This document shows, in pieces, positions 39,870 through 50,500 of a DNA stretch of 64,000 nucleotides (the first letter of the stretch is position 1; every line of letters begins with the position of its first letter). Source of the stretch: Candidatus Latescibacterota bacterium. Its GTDB lineage: Bacteria > Latescibacterota > UBA2968 > UBA8231. The stretch is taken from the NCBI GenBank assembly GCA_965200315.1, contig OZ241362.1, forward strand, positions 1,312,001 to 1,376,000. Reading direction: 5' to 3'. A program made the translations under genes and the position numbers. Below the pieces are notes generated by a model that made no database searches, was not told the origin of the DNA, and saw only the letters and a list, made by a program, of their open reading frames with translations.

Positions 39870-40655
39870 ATCGTCCAGATTGCCTTGGACTATCACCGCC
39901 CCGGAAAATCCTGCGGCGACCATCCGCTCGGTAAAGTCCGACACCTCGGCTTGGGGCAGCAGCGCGTTGTTGCTGATGATCAAATCCGCCCCCACGTGGC
40001 TGATGCCGCGCAGTCCGTCTATACTTTTCAGTGCGCCGTTGCCGCTGACTTCCAAAAAGTCCCGCACTCTGGCCAAGTGGTGCAGCCCCTCTAGGCTTTG
40101 CAGCGCGTCGTTGAACCAGATGTCCACGCTGCCTTTGATCTCCACGAGGTGCGGCATGTCCGTCAGGGACGCAAGTGCCTCATTGCGGACGAGCGCCAAG
40201 CCTCCACTAACAGAGGCCAAGTTCGCTAGCCCTTTGAGCGAGCGCAGAGCCTTGTTTTCAAAGATCAATAGGCCTTCCACCACGTGAGCGGCTTTGCCGG
40301 CCGCGGGCGTGGGTAAGGGCGGCGATGCATCCGCCGGACCTAGCCCCGCTCCCACGCTTTCAAGCCCTTCGAGTCCCGCTAGGCTTTCCAAGCGGTCGTT
40401 AAACCAAATCTCGACGCTGCCCTCGACGCGCCGCAGCCCTTCCAAACCCGTCAGCGCGACTAAGCTACTCCCCGCGATCTGCAAGTCGCCATCGATGATG
40501 TAAGCATCTCCCCCTCTTGCCCTAAGGGCCGCGATGTCGGCCGATGACGCAATGACAACGCCCTCTTCCAAAACGACCGGCGCAATTAGGGCTTTGCCAC
40601 AGCCTGCCAGCGCGACGAGCAACGGCCAGATCGCCCGCTCAAAAATCCCGCGCAC
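39867..40655 (-). CDS. Receptor L-domain (leucine-rich beta-helix) lipoprotein
   Basis: Lipobox 'LAGC'; repeats 'I..N..L.SL.GL..L..V.G'. Confidence 0.75.
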   Translation of the reverse strand: MRGIFERAIWPLLVALAGCGKALIAPVVLEEGVVIASSADIAALRARGGDAYIIDGDLQIAGSSLVALTGLEGLRRVEGSVEIWFNDRLESLAGLEGLESVGAGLGPADASPPLPTPAAGKAAHVVEGLLIFENKALRSLKGLANLASVSGGLALVRNEALASLTDMPHLVEIKGSVDIWFNDALQSLEGLHHLARVRDFLEVSGNGALKSIDGLRGISHVGADLIISNNALLPQAEVSDFTERMVAAGFSGAVIVQGNLDD

Positions 40656-41469
40656 ACCGGATCCCAATATCTATATCGGTCAACAGCGGATGATAGGCTT
40701 CTCGATTCGCCGCGGGCAGGGACTCCTTCTCAAACCACCACGACCCTCCCCTCAGCACCCCAAATTCTCCGCGCAACGGCCCCTGAGGATTGTCTCGTGG
40801 ACTCTCGGCATAGTACGTGTCCCCGTACCAATCGGACACCCACTCCCACACGTTGCCCGCCATGTCGTGTGCTCCGTACGGCGACACACCAGCGGGACGG
40901 CTGCCCACCGGCTCGGTCGCGCCGGCGATAAAGCGAAAGTTGGCCTCGTCTCCTGCCAACTCGTATCCCCAAGGATATATGCGCCCATCGGTTCCGCGTG
41001 CGGCCTTCTCCCACTCGGCTTCGGTCGGCAGCCGCAAGCCCGCCCACGCGCAATAGTCGAGCGCACTTTGGCGGTTGACGCAGTTGATGGGATGCGTGTC
41101 GTCAATGTCTTTGTCCCAGCTACAGTTAGGAGCATAGGCCGGCTCTGCACAGGCGTCGTCTTCTACGCAGCTCCGATACCGTCCTATGGTGACCTCGAAC
41201 TCATCGATGTAGTAAGCCGAAAGAAAGACTTGGTGCGGCGGCTGCTCGTCCGGGTCGCCCGCGTCCCAACCCATCACAAAGAGACCTTCGGGCACGAGGA
41301 CCATGGCGTGATCGGCTATGTTGACCTCAGTAACTAGAACAGAATCCTCGGTGGGTGGAGCCTCGCCGGGCCAAGTGGGCGCAATCACGCGCTCCTCACG
41401 CACTTGTCCTGAGTCCTTTTGACCGCAACCAAGCGCCAACAGGGCCATGCACACCAGTGCGCGACTCAC
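40639..41469 (-). CDS. FGE-sulfatase/SUMF1-domain lipoprotein (probably non-catalytic)
   Basis: 'RLPTEAEWEKAARG', 'DMAGNVWEW', 'RGGSW', 'GIRCA'; the FGE catalytic Cys pair is absent; GTG start with GAGG RBS, lipobox 'ALGC'. Confidence 0.85.
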   Translation of the reverse strand: MSRALVCMALLALGCGQKDSGQVREERVIAPTWPGEAPPTEDSVLVTEVNIADHAMVLVPEGLFVMGWDAGDPDEQPPHQVFLSAYYIDEFEVTIGRYRSCVEDDACAEPAYAPNCSWDKDIDDTHPINCVNRQSALDYCAWAGLRLPTEAEWEKAARGTDGRIYPWGYELAGDEANFRFIAGATEPVGSRPAGVSPYGAHDMAGNVWEWVSDWYGDTYYAESPRDNPQGPLRGEFGVLRGGSWWFEKESLPAANREAYHPLLTDIDIGIRCARDF

Positions 41470-41480
41470 CGTGCGCCCCC

Positions 41481-43460
41481 TCAGAACACGACCTGCGATA
41501 CGGCCTTGGAAATCAGCGCAATGGCAATCGACGTCATGCCAATCAGACCCACGCCGCACGAGTATCCGGCCAGCACAATGGGTGCGTACGCGTACCAGCG
41601 CTCGGGGCCAAAGCGCTTTTGCAAGTAGAAGCGGCCCAACAGGGCACCGACGAAGTTGAGGATGGCAAAGTGCGGCCAGCCGCCGAGGCCAGCGACAAAA
41701 CCATAGAAAATCCCCAGCGGTGCGCTGAATGCGCTCAGCAGCGCGTACAATGCGCCGCTAAAGACCAGCCCAACCCCGATATAATCCCAGCGAATAATTT
41801 GCGTCACCAAGCTCTGGCCCGCGCCCGGCAGCGTTGACTTAGCCCAGAACGCCTGCATGGTAGCGTGGAAGGGCCACATCTTTTGTACGAACGGGTACGC
41901 CGAGGAGGGTATCGGCCCTAACTTCCATATCAGCGACCAGAACAGGAAGCTACACACGAACATGACAGCCAAAGTCAGGGCCGTCAGCTTGACGATGCTG
42001 CCAAAGCGGGTGCGCGTCAGCTCTAGCTGCTTGAACACTTGCGCCTCGTAGCCCCACTGGAAGATCGGCACCGGTGCGAACCAGATCCCGGCCCCTTGGT
42101 AGCCGGACAAATAGAAACTGGCCTCGCGCAGATAGGGAAAAGTTACCCCCTGCGGCGACCCGGTCAGGCCGATCATCCGCGTACCGATGTACGAGTAGAT
42201 CGGCGTCCACACAAAGCCGAAGAGCGCGGTGATCCACCAGGGAAAATCGGGCACCAAATAGTACACCATCAGTACGAAGCACAGCGTGCTCACCGCCCAG
42301 ATCCCCAAGGCCACGACAATGCGGATGTCGCCGCGCTCGGGATGGATTGCCCGGACCGACGTACGCTCTTTGCCAGCGGCGAGCAAGACTTTGCCTGCTG
42401 TATAGAAGCCCACTGCCGCGACTACGATGGCCCCACCCAGCGAAAAGCTCAGCCAGAAGTCAAAGGTATTGGCGATTTGGGTGGGAATCGACGACATGCC
42501 CGGCTCCCAAGTGTGCAGGATACCGTAGGCATAGAGGATGGGATTGGCGACCAAGTTGACCGCGATCGACGAGGCAAATACCCCTACCACGACCCAGAAC
42601 GGCAGCACAAGGCCGAACAGCACGTGGATCAAATCCGTGGCCAAGCCGATGACCGCGGCCGGCAAAACCGCCTTTAGCGGCACGGTGAAATCGATGAAGG
42701 GGATCGGCAAAATGGACACGGTTTCGGTCAAAAAAACCGACGATAGCGTGGGCACCACCACGTAGAATACGCCCCACACCGCCCCGATAAAGGCACCCGT
42801 GCTGAATACGTGCCAGCGCCAGCCCTCCTGCTTGGCCGAGGTCTCGGCGAGGGCGGTCGCCCCACCGGCCTGCACATAGGCCATGGGAAAGGGCAGGCGC
42901 TCAATGTCGTGGGTGATGCGAAAGAGCACATAGCCCAACGACAGGGCGTTGACCCGCTGCAATGCAACGGCGCAGAGGAGGATGACGATGGGCTTGAGCC
43001 ACGCGCCGTCGAGGAAGCTGCGTTCTAAGAGGGCCGCCGAACCACGCGGGGGCACGACCCAAGTTGGAATGTGTTCGGCCAGTCCGTCGGCTTGGGGCGA
43101 TTGGATCAGATATTGATCCCAAATCAATACGCCGAATGGGCCGCCGAACAGGTCGGCCCCGGTGCCCAGCTTGCCGCCCATCATCACCAAGCCACCAGCC
43201 ACCCAGTAGAGGATGATGATTTCCTGAGTCCGCAGGGACACGAAGGTGCGCTTGGCCATTTCGATGAAGAGAATGAGCGTCACCCACTCGGCACCCCCGG
43301 CCATGCTCATTCCGGTCACCAGCCCGAGGTAAATCGCGCCGGGCAGCATCACGAAGCCGACGAAGAGCGCGGCCCACAGGGTCTTTGCATTAAAGCCCGG
43401 TTCAAAAGAAGCGTCGGCGGGCATGACCGCGAAGCGCTCTTGGGCGTTGGCTTGTGACAA
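41481..43460 (-). CDS. OPT/YSL-like oligopeptide transporter family membrane protein
   Basis: Many TM segments; 'IYLGLVTG', 'W..LILF.E', 'QE', 'D.ERLPFP.A'. Confidence 0.7.
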   Translation of the reverse strand: MSQANAQERFAVMPADASFEPGFNAKTLWAALFVGFVMLPGAIYLGLVTGMSMAGGAEWVTLILFIEMAKRTFVSLRTQEIIILYWVAGGLVMMGGKLGTGADLFGGPFGVLIWDQYLIQSPQADGLAEHIPTWVVPPRGSAALLERSFLDGAWLKPIVILLCAVALQRVNALSLGYVLFRITHDIERLPFPMAYVQAGGATALAETSAKQEGWRWHVFSTGAFIGAVWGVFYVVVPTLSSVFLTETVSILPIPFIDFTVPLKAVLPAAVIGLATDLIHVLFGLVLPFWVVVGVFASSIAVNLVANPILYAYGILHTWEPGMSSIPTQIANTFDFWLSFSLGGAIVVAAVGFYTAGKVLLAAGKERTSVRAIHPERGDIRIVVALGIWAVSTLCFVLMVYYLVPDFPWWITALFGFVWTPIYSYIGTRMIGLTGSPQGVTFPYLREASFYLSGYQGAGIWFAPVPIFQWGYEAQVFKQLELTRTRFGSIVKLTALTLAVMFVCSFLFWSLIWKLGPIPSSAYPFVQKMWPFHATMQAFWAKSTLPGAGQSLVTQIIRWDYIGVGLVFSGALYALLSAFSAPLGIFYGFVAGLGGWPHFAILNFVGALLGRFYLQKRFGPERWYAYAPIVLAGYSCGVGLIGMTSIAIALISKAVSQVVF

Positions 43461-43480
43461 AAATCGCTCCCCTCGTTTGC

Positions 43481-45133
43481 TCAGTTCTGCACCAACTCGT
43501 CGTCCAAATACCGCAGGTGCTCTTCGTACACGTCAATCTGCTCGGCGTATTTTTGGCGCAAATCCCGCAGATAGCTGTTGAAGAACTCCCGCTCGGCGCG
43601 CTGCCGCACCTCCCGCTCCACCGCATTCCGCACCCGTTCTAACTCTAGGCCGTGATAAATCTCTGGGTGCCTTTCGATAACCCGGAAAATCGAATAGCCT
43701 CCCCTCGTTTGGATCGGCCCTTGGAGTTGGTTCAGTTCGGCGTTCATCACCGCATTCATCCAAGCCTCCCCCAAGAAGGGGGCCTGTGATTGGGAGACGT
43801 ACAGGAGACCATCTTCGGCGTTGCGACGCTCGCTGTGGGCGCGAGCCAGCGCCGACCACTCGGCACCCGCCGCAATCTGAGCCGCAATTTGGCGCGCTTC
43901 ACTTGGGGTCTCTAACAAAATTTCCTCTAATTGCGCGTGGGGCGGGCTGCGAAAGCGATGCTTGTGCTCCTCGTAGAAGGCCCGTAGGTCGTCCTCCGTC
44001 GGCGCGGGAGCCCCCGCCAAGATTTGCTCGCGCAGTTTTATCAGCATCAGATTGCCCAACGCCAGCGCCTGCGACCGCGCGAAAGCCTCGGTTTTATCGA
44101 GGCCCTTGCGCCGGGCGTCGTGGGCCATGAGGCGCGTGGGAAAATGACTCTCAGACAGTTTCTCGTTGACCGAGTCGGCTGTGGCTTCCGGCCACCGTTG
44201 GCCCGATGGCCGTACGGCCTCTAAGACCTCTGCCACATCCATCTGCAGCCCCTCGAAAGCATAGACTGGATGCTGGCGCTGGGCCTCGTCCAAATCCGCA
44301 TAGCGGATCGCGCCCTGTAAGACGCTGACCACTAGATCCATACCCTCGGCGTCAAAAACCGTGTCCAGATCCCACTTGAGGTGCCGCAGGTACGATTCGC
44401 GCAGTTGCTTTTTCTGCTCGTCGCCGAGTGCCTCGCGGATGCCATCCTCGACCTCGATCAATTCAGCGCGGCGACGCTCCGCCACTTTGGCGATGACGAA
44501 TCCTCCGTGCAAGGGGAGCGGCTCGGTCACGCCGCCCACGGGCAGGGCGAAGACCGCTTGTGCTAGGTCGCGGGGACTATCGAAGGGCGAATAGGCCACC
44601 TGCCGAATCTCACCGGTATGCACGCCGTAATAGAGATCAGCGGCGAATTGACGGCCTACTTCCGCAAAGTCCTCACCCTGTGCCAAAAGCGCCTGCACTT
44701 GACTCGCCTGTTCCCGGCTGGGCACAAAAATCTCCCTCGTGGTGACCTTTTCTCCCCACCCGGGCCGTGCGTAGGCTTTTTCGATGTTGGCCTCAGCCAC
44801 CGCGATCTTAGCCTCGACATTGCGCCGCAACATTGCGTCGGCGAGGGCCTTGGTTTCGCGCTTGGCTAGTTTGGCTAAGACCTCTTCGTTGCGCTGCAAA
44901 CCCTGCTCGTTGGCCGCCAAAAGCAATACCTCGCGGTCAATTAGCGTCTGTAAGTTGTCCCGATGCTGCGCGCGCCTAGCAGCCGTTTTGAGATTGGTCT
45001 CAAAGGTACGCAGATCGGCTGCGGTAATCTCGACTTCGCCGACCTTGGCCAGTAGATAGGCGTTGTCCGGCCGCTCATCGCCGCAGCTAATACAGGACCC
45101 GATTAGCAGCCCGGCCAACAGCGGTTTTTGCAT
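43481..45133 (-). CDS. PpiC-type peptidyl-prolyl isomerase lipoprotein (PrsA/SurA-like, two rotamase domains)
   Basis: Lipobox 'CISC'; 'LAKVG..EIT..D', 'L..LIDREVL', 'GEDFAE', 'AEWSALARAHS', 'GPIQT.GGYSIFRV'. Confidence 0.8.
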   Translation of the reverse strand: MQKPLLAGLLIGSCISCGDERPDNAYLLAKVGEVEITAADLRTFETNLKTAARRAQHRDNLQTLIDREVLLLAANEQGLQRNEEVLAKLAKRETKALADAMLRRNVEAKIAVAEANIEKAYARPGWGEKVTTREIFVPSREQASQVQALLAQGEDFAEVGRQFAADLYYGVHTGEIRQVAYSPFDSPRDLAQAVFALPVGGVTEPLPLHGGFVIAKVAERRRAELIEVEDGIREALGDEQKKQLRESYLRHLKWDLDTVFDAEGMDLVVSVLQGAIRYADLDEAQRQHPVYAFEGLQMDVAEVLEAVRPSGQRWPEATADSVNEKLSESHFPTRLMAHDARRKGLDKTEAFARSQALALGNLMLIKLREQILAGAPAPTEDDLRAFYEEHKHRFRSPPHAQLEEILLETPSEARQIAAQIAAGAEWSALARAHSERRNAEDGLLYVSQSQAPFLGEAWMNAVMNAELNQLQGPIQTRGGYSIFRVIERHPEIYHGLELERVRNAVEREVRQRAEREFFNSYLRDLRQKYAEQIDVYEEHLRYLDDELVQN

Positions 45134-45212
45134 AAAAAGAGGAGCTAGACGGAAGGTCCAGCTCCTCGCAATGAGATGTCCTGCCATACGTCGTGATATC
45201 CAGTCCGGCGAC

Positions 45213-45980
45213 TCAACCAGCGCCGCCTGCGCTGGCCTTTTCCCTCGTTCCTTGGTCCACCGCAAAGCGGAACTCGACGTCGATGGTCTCTTCGGGATTG
45301 CCGCTGGCGTCAAACGACAGCACGAATTCGTGGAAGGTTAGCAGCAGTGCGTCGTTTTCTGGCAGCAGCGGGTCGAAGACCAACATGCCTTTTTGGCTGC
45401 TATCGCGGAAGATCGGTCGATGGCGATGAAAGACCGTCTTGTAGATAATGCCCATGCGCTCCAAGTTGATTTCGCGCTCGTTGCCCGAAGTGCCCAGCTC
45501 CATTTTGTAGTACTTGGTGAAGCTGTTGCCCCCCAACACGACGGCCCCCTCGCGCCCGGGATCGTAGTAGCGATAGGTCTCGCCGCCCGATTCCATGGTC
45601 GCCTTGGCCGGATCGAATTCGATCTTCGCATAGGTCTTGTTTATGACCTCGATTTCAAAGACGGTGAAACGCGGGGGGGTATAGCCCTTTTCGGGATCAA
45701 TGCCGTCTCGGGTGTAGGGGTTGACGTGGCGACCATCGTACAGGGGGGGGAAGCGCTCGTTGAGCTCGGGGTCGCTCAGGTGCCGCACCCGGATTAAAAG
45801 CCCCTCTTTGCTAAAGACCATCGAGCTGTCGTCCGGGTCGATGGTGTAGTCGCCGCGGCCCTCGGGCAGGACGGGCATCACGTGCAGGTCATACGCAAGT
45901 TGGGGCGGCACCAGCCCCCCGCAGCTCCAGCCTATCCCAAGCGCCACTAAGCCGACGAGCACCATGTACCTCGTTCTCAT
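45213..45980 (-). CDS. Uncharacterised lipoprotein (paralog of 57021-57800)
   Basis: Lipobox-like 'GWSC'; shares 'IDP.DSS.V.S..G', 'PYT', 'YTPP..TVFE..VIN.T', 'GNP.E' with its paralog. Confidence 0.7.
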   Translation of the reverse strand: MRTRYMVLVGLVALGIGWSCGGLVPPQLAYDLHVMPVLPEGRGDYTIDPDDSSMVFSKEGLLIRVRHLSDPELNERFPPLYDGRHVNPYTRDGIDPEKGYTPPRFTVFEIEVINKTYAKIEFDPAKATMESGGETYRYYDPGREGAVVLGGNSFTKYYKMELGTSGNEREINLERMGIIYKTVFHRHRPIFRDSSQKGMLVFDPLLPENDALLLTFHEFVLSFDASGNPEETIDVEFRFAVDQGTREKASAGGAG

Positions 45981-46011
45981 AAAATTGTAACTCCCTTTTT
46001 GCTAGCTGCCG

Positions 46012-46431
46012 TCAATTGGTTGGTTCCTCGGTTTCAATATCGATTTTTTCTACACCCGCCATAGTGGCCGTTTCCATCGCGTCGATGATATGGCCGTGCG
46101 CAGCACCCGCGTCCGCGGTGATAATCAGCGTCGATGAGCCGGTGCGGACCTTCTCGCGCTCTAGCCAACTGGCTAGCTGCCCCATGGCCACGAGCTGCCC
46201 GTTGATCTCAAACTGACCCTCGCTTGAGATGCGCAGATTCAGCTTCTTTTCGGACTTGAGCTGGTCGTAGTGAACCGAGTCGGGCAACTCGATCTTGAGC
46301 TGAGTGGCCTTGACAAAGACCGTAGTGGTCATAAAGAAGATCAACAGCAGGAACACCGCGTCTATCATCGGCGTCAGATTCAGTTCAAATTCGCCGGCTT
46401 TTTCGGCCAGCGACTGTCTCCGTTTAGCCAT
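46012..46431 (-). CDS. exbD: ExbD/TolR family protein
   Basis: 'LNLTPMIDAVFLLLIFFM', conserved Asp present. Confidence 0.9.
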   Translation of the reverse strand: MAKRRQSLAEKAGEFELNLTPMIDAVFLLLIFFMTTTVFVKATQLKIELPDSVHYDQLKSEKKLNLRISSEGQFEINGQLVAMGQLASWLEREKVRTGSSTLIITADAGAAHGHIIDAMETATMAGVEKIDIETEEPTN

Positions 46432-46435
46432 GCCG

Positions 46436-46855
46436 CTATCCTTCTCCGCTCTTGGCGAAAGCGATGGCCTCAATGCCCTCGCCGCGGGCGATGTCCATCA
46501 CCTGCACCACATAGGAGTGCGGTATTGAGCGTGCAGACTCCAAGATCACGTTCTTGGTGTTGTCGGCCTCAATAACTTGACGGATCTTTTCCGCCAATCT
46601 CGCCTTATCCGTAACCTCGCCGTTGACTTGGATCGTCTGATCCGGGTCAATCACGATGTTCATGTCCTTGGTCGCCCTCGACTCGCCTTCGCCACCTGGC
46701 AGATCTACGCTCAGGCCCTTGGGGTTGACGAAGGTGGTCGCCACCATAAAGAAAACCAACAGCAAAAACATGCAGTTGATCAGCGGAGTCAGATCTGGGT
46801 TTTCCGAGGTCTTAAAGGCTCTTTTGCCGAATCCGCTCTTTCGTCTCTGCCGCAT
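46436..46855 (-). CDS. exbD: ExbD/TolR family protein (Asn at the essential Asp position)
   Basis: 'PDLTPLINCMFLLLVFFM', 'VV.VMDIAR..GI'. Confidence 0.88.
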   Translation of the reverse strand: MRQRRKSGFGKRAFKTSENPDLTPLINCMFLLLVFFMVATTFVNPKGLSVDLPGGEGESRATKDMNIVIDPDQTIQVNGEVTDKARLAEKIRQVIEADNTKNVILESARSIPHSYVVQVMDIARGEGIEAIAFAKSGEG

Positions 46856-46873
46856 CGCCGCGTCTCTTTCTGC

Positions 46874-47548
46874 CTAGCTGGCCCTCTGCTGACTGGCTTG
46901 GAAGCGCACCAGCAGAGTATTGGCGAAGGCGTGGCAGTACAGCTCCACGCTCTTGAAGACCTTTTCCGCGCGGCCGGAGAGGTAGCGGTGGAAGATGATG
47001 GTCGGAATGGCGACGATGAGGCCACTCGCCGTCGTGATCAGGGCCTCGGAGATGCCGCTGGCGACAGCCGCCGGATCGCCGGCCCCGGCGCGGGCAATCG
47101 CGTCAAAGGCGTTAATCATACCCATGATCGTGCCCAACAACCCCATCAGCGGGGAGAGGACACCAATGGTTCCGAGCGCGTTGAGGAGGCGGCCTAAGTA
47201 CATTTCGCCGGCCTCTTCAGTAGCCAAGATCAACTCTTGGCGCATGTCCTCCAGATCCGTGCGATTTTCCAGCACCAAGGTATCGTAGCGCTTCACCAAG
47301 GCGGCGAAAATGAAGTTGAGCACACCGCTGCCTTGTCGGAACAGCTCAATGGCCCCGCCTTCGCCTTGACTTCTGAGCACTTCCTCTGCTTCGTTGAGCT
47401 GCTGTTCGGCTTCCTCTTCGCCCGGGACCGCCAGCAGACGCCACAGCCGTTCTATGATGATGGCTAGGGCAATAAGCAAGCAGAGCAACATGGGCCACAT
47501 CATCGGGCCGCCTTTGAAAAACTGGTCAACTAAAAAATTCTGCTCCAT
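46874..47548 (-). CDS. exbB: MotA/TolQ/ExbB proton channel protein
   Basis: 'GGPMMWP', 'PLMGLLGTI.GMI.AF', 'GISEALITTA.GL.VAIP'. Confidence 0.92.
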   Translation of the reverse strand: MEQNFLVDQFFKGGPMMWPMLLCLLIALAIIIERLWRLLAVPGEEEAEQQLNEAEEVLRSQGEGGAIELFRQGSGVLNFIFAALVKRYDTLVLENRTDLEDMRQELILATEEAGEMYLGRLLNALGTIGVLSPLMGLLGTIMGMINAFDAIARAGAGDPAAVASGISEALITTASGLIVAIPTIIFHRYLSGRAEKVFKSVELYCHAFANTLLVRFQASQQRAS

Positions 47549-47596
47549 TACAACCTCCCGGTATTGTATCCTGCTTTGCGTTGCGTTAAAAGCTCG

Positions 47597-50500
47597 CTAG
47601 AGCCGGTTTTCTACGATCCACTCTCGGTGTAGCTTGGCAAAATTGACCACGTCGGCGTTTTCCACCTTGTCCCCGCCCTTTTCTTCCACTACTTGATAGT
47701 TTTCTACGGCCTGCGACCACTGGCGCGTGATTTCATAGACCAGCCCCAAGTTGCAGTACGCGGCCAATTCGGTATAAGTGCCGGGGTACTCGCGGATAAT
47801 CTCCTGTAGGGCTGGCACGGCCCGGTCGTAGTCTTTGGCCTCAAAGAGCTTCATGGCCTCGTTGTAGCTAAAGCTGGCCTGAATTTCGCTCAGCTCTTCC
47901 ACTAGAGCTGTGGATCTCGACGCCTCCTCGGAGTCGGGATATAGCTTGATTACTTTCTTATAGGCTGCCATGGCCTCGTCATAAGACTGGATATTGTAGT
48001 AGTAGTCGCCGATGGTAAACTGCGCTTTGGGGGCGAATTCGCTCTTAGGATAATTGGCAACGAGGCCTTGCATCGCGCCTACGGCTTGCTCCATCTCCTC
48101 TTGTTCGACAAAGGACCAAGCCAACGCGTATTGCGCCGACCCGCCGTATCGGCCTTGGGGATATTGGGCCAAGAGTGCTTGATATGCCGTCGCAGCCTCG
48201 GCAAAGGCCTGCTCGTTGTAGTGGTTTTCGCCAATGAGGAAAAGCGCTTCTTCCTCGTATTGGGACTGGAGATAGCGCTCGACTAGTTCGCTAAAAGCGG
48301 CCGCAGCCTCCTTGAACTGAGTCAGCGCCTGGAGGCTGTGCGCCAGATAGTACTGACCGTGAATGTGGTTGGCATTGCGCGGATATTTTTTGACAAAGGA
48401 CTTGAAGCTCTCGGCGGCTGCGGCGTAGTCGCCGTAGCTGATTTCGGCAAAGCCCTTGGAAAAGGCCAAGTTGCCGCTCTCGCCCGAACTCGGATAGCGC
48501 TTGAGACCTTGGGCAAAGACGCGGGCGGCTTCCTCGTACTGCTTCTGCTGTAGCAGCGCGTTGCCGATGATGGAATAGGCGCGTTCCTTGCGGTAGTAAC
48601 CCGCTTGATTGTCGTCTTCAAACTGCATGTCGAGGAGCTGGCGGGCGAATTTCTCGGCTTGGACGAAATCCTGCTGATCGTAGTACAGCTCGGTCAGGAG
48701 CATGCTAAAGGTCGCCTGCTCCTGAGGATCGTCCGACGCAGCGATGAGCTCTTGGTAGTAGCGGGCCGCCTCTTCTTGCCGCCCCAAGCGGATCATGCCC
48801 GCCCCCAGCGTACGGAAGGCACTGTCCTTTATCTGGGGAGCGGGATCGCTTTCGAGCAGGGCCTTCATATCATCCAGCGACGCCTCATAGCTCACGCGGG
48901 CTTGGGCCGTGTCGCCGACCGCGTCTTGCTGTTTGGCGACCTCGTAGTACGCGCCGCCGCGGGCCAGCAGCGAATTTTGCAGGATGTGCGTGGGCGGATT
49001 CAGCGCAATGGCCTGCCCCCAAAAGTCAATCGCACCGGCGAAATTGTCCTCGGCGAAATGCACCCGGGCCAAGGTGTAGTGCATCTGGCCTTTTAGGGTA
49101 TCGTCGCCGGCCCTATCCAAGGCACCCGCTAGGGCATGGCGCGCCTTTTCGTACTCTTGTTTGCCCATGTACAGCTCGGCCAACTCGACCTGCACGGTAG
49201 GCCACTTGTCCCACCCCTCTTCCACCGTCTCATAGGCGGCGATGGCGCTATCTTGATCCTCGAGGCGCTTGTAGGTAAGACCCAACTCCATCCGCGTCGT
49301 ATTGCGCAGTTCCGAATCCGGGAAACGGCCGAGGAAGGACGCATATATCTCCTCGGCCCGTTTGAGTTCGGATGCAGCATAGGCGATGCGGGCCAACTGC
49401 AAAAGGCCGTTGGGAGCCGCCGGATGGTCCGCATACTCATCGACCAACCGCTGGTACAACGGCTGCGCTGCTTCGTCTTTCTCTATGAGTTGGTTGGCAA
49501 AGCCGGCATTAAAAAGCACGTCCGGTATCAGGGCATTGTCTTCGCGCTGGTTCAAAAGCTGGTCGTAGCTTTCGAGCGCCTTGGCGATTTCCGCGTCTGC
49601 TCTAGCCGGGTCTTCGCCGCGAATCTGCCGCCCGTATTCTTGGTGGCACTGGGCGATGCGAAAGAGAACCTTGTAGCGGTCAAAGCCGATGCGCTGGGCC
49701 ACATCGCCGTAGGCCTTGAGATATATCTCGTATTCTTGGGCCGACTTGAGGTACTCGTCTTGGTCGAAAAGCATCAAGGCAACCGTTAGCTGCGTGCGGG
49801 CCTGAAAGAGCTTGTCCTCGACCTTTTCGATGGCGTCCTTGTACGCGGCGATGGCCGCTGTCGTGCCCTGTTCCTTCTGCACCAACTCGGCGATGCGGAT
49901 ATAGCTATTTTGTACCAAGACCGGCTCAGCCGCATATTCGGCCGGGAGCACAGCATAAGAGGTGAGAGCCTTTTCGACCTCGCCGTTGCGCGCGTAGATA
50001 TCGCCCTTTTTCAGGTGGGCCTTGGCAACGAGCTCGCGTGCGGTCTCCTTGACCAACCCCTTAAGCTTGAGGGTAGTCATCTCGATGATTTCTTCCTCGG
50101 TCATCTGCGCGAAGTCGTAGCGGGCGATGAGGCGATCGAGGTATTCCAGCGCATCTTCGTACTGCCCGAGTTGGTCGTAGCTCTCGGCGATCTGGAAGAG
50201 CGAGCGATCAGCGTTAGAGCCTCTAGGGGCTAAGACCAATACCTGCTTGAAGCTGGCAATGGCCTCCTCGTAGCGCTCCAATTCAAAATAGGACCACGCT
50301 CGGTCGTAGTGAACGGATGCCTCGTAGAGGCTGTGGGGAAAGCTGTGCAGCAGCGCGTCCCCTTCCTCAATGACCTGCTCGTACTCCTTGAGCTGGTAAC
50401 TCGTCTGGATCATCTGGTACTGGGCCATCACTCGGGTGCGATCATCGACGCGCTCGTCTGCGGCTAGCGTGCGGAAGTGGTCGCGGCTCTTGTTGAGATC

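Noticed and set aside
40639-41469. SUMF1/C-type-lectin-fold gene as a DGR target or formylglycine-generating enzyme
   Set aside because: No template repeat or reverse transcriptase seen; catalytic cysteines absent
45673-45750. G7 and G8 runs in the lipoprotein gene
   Set aside because: Both encode Pro-Pro and the ORF is intact; no evidence of slippage
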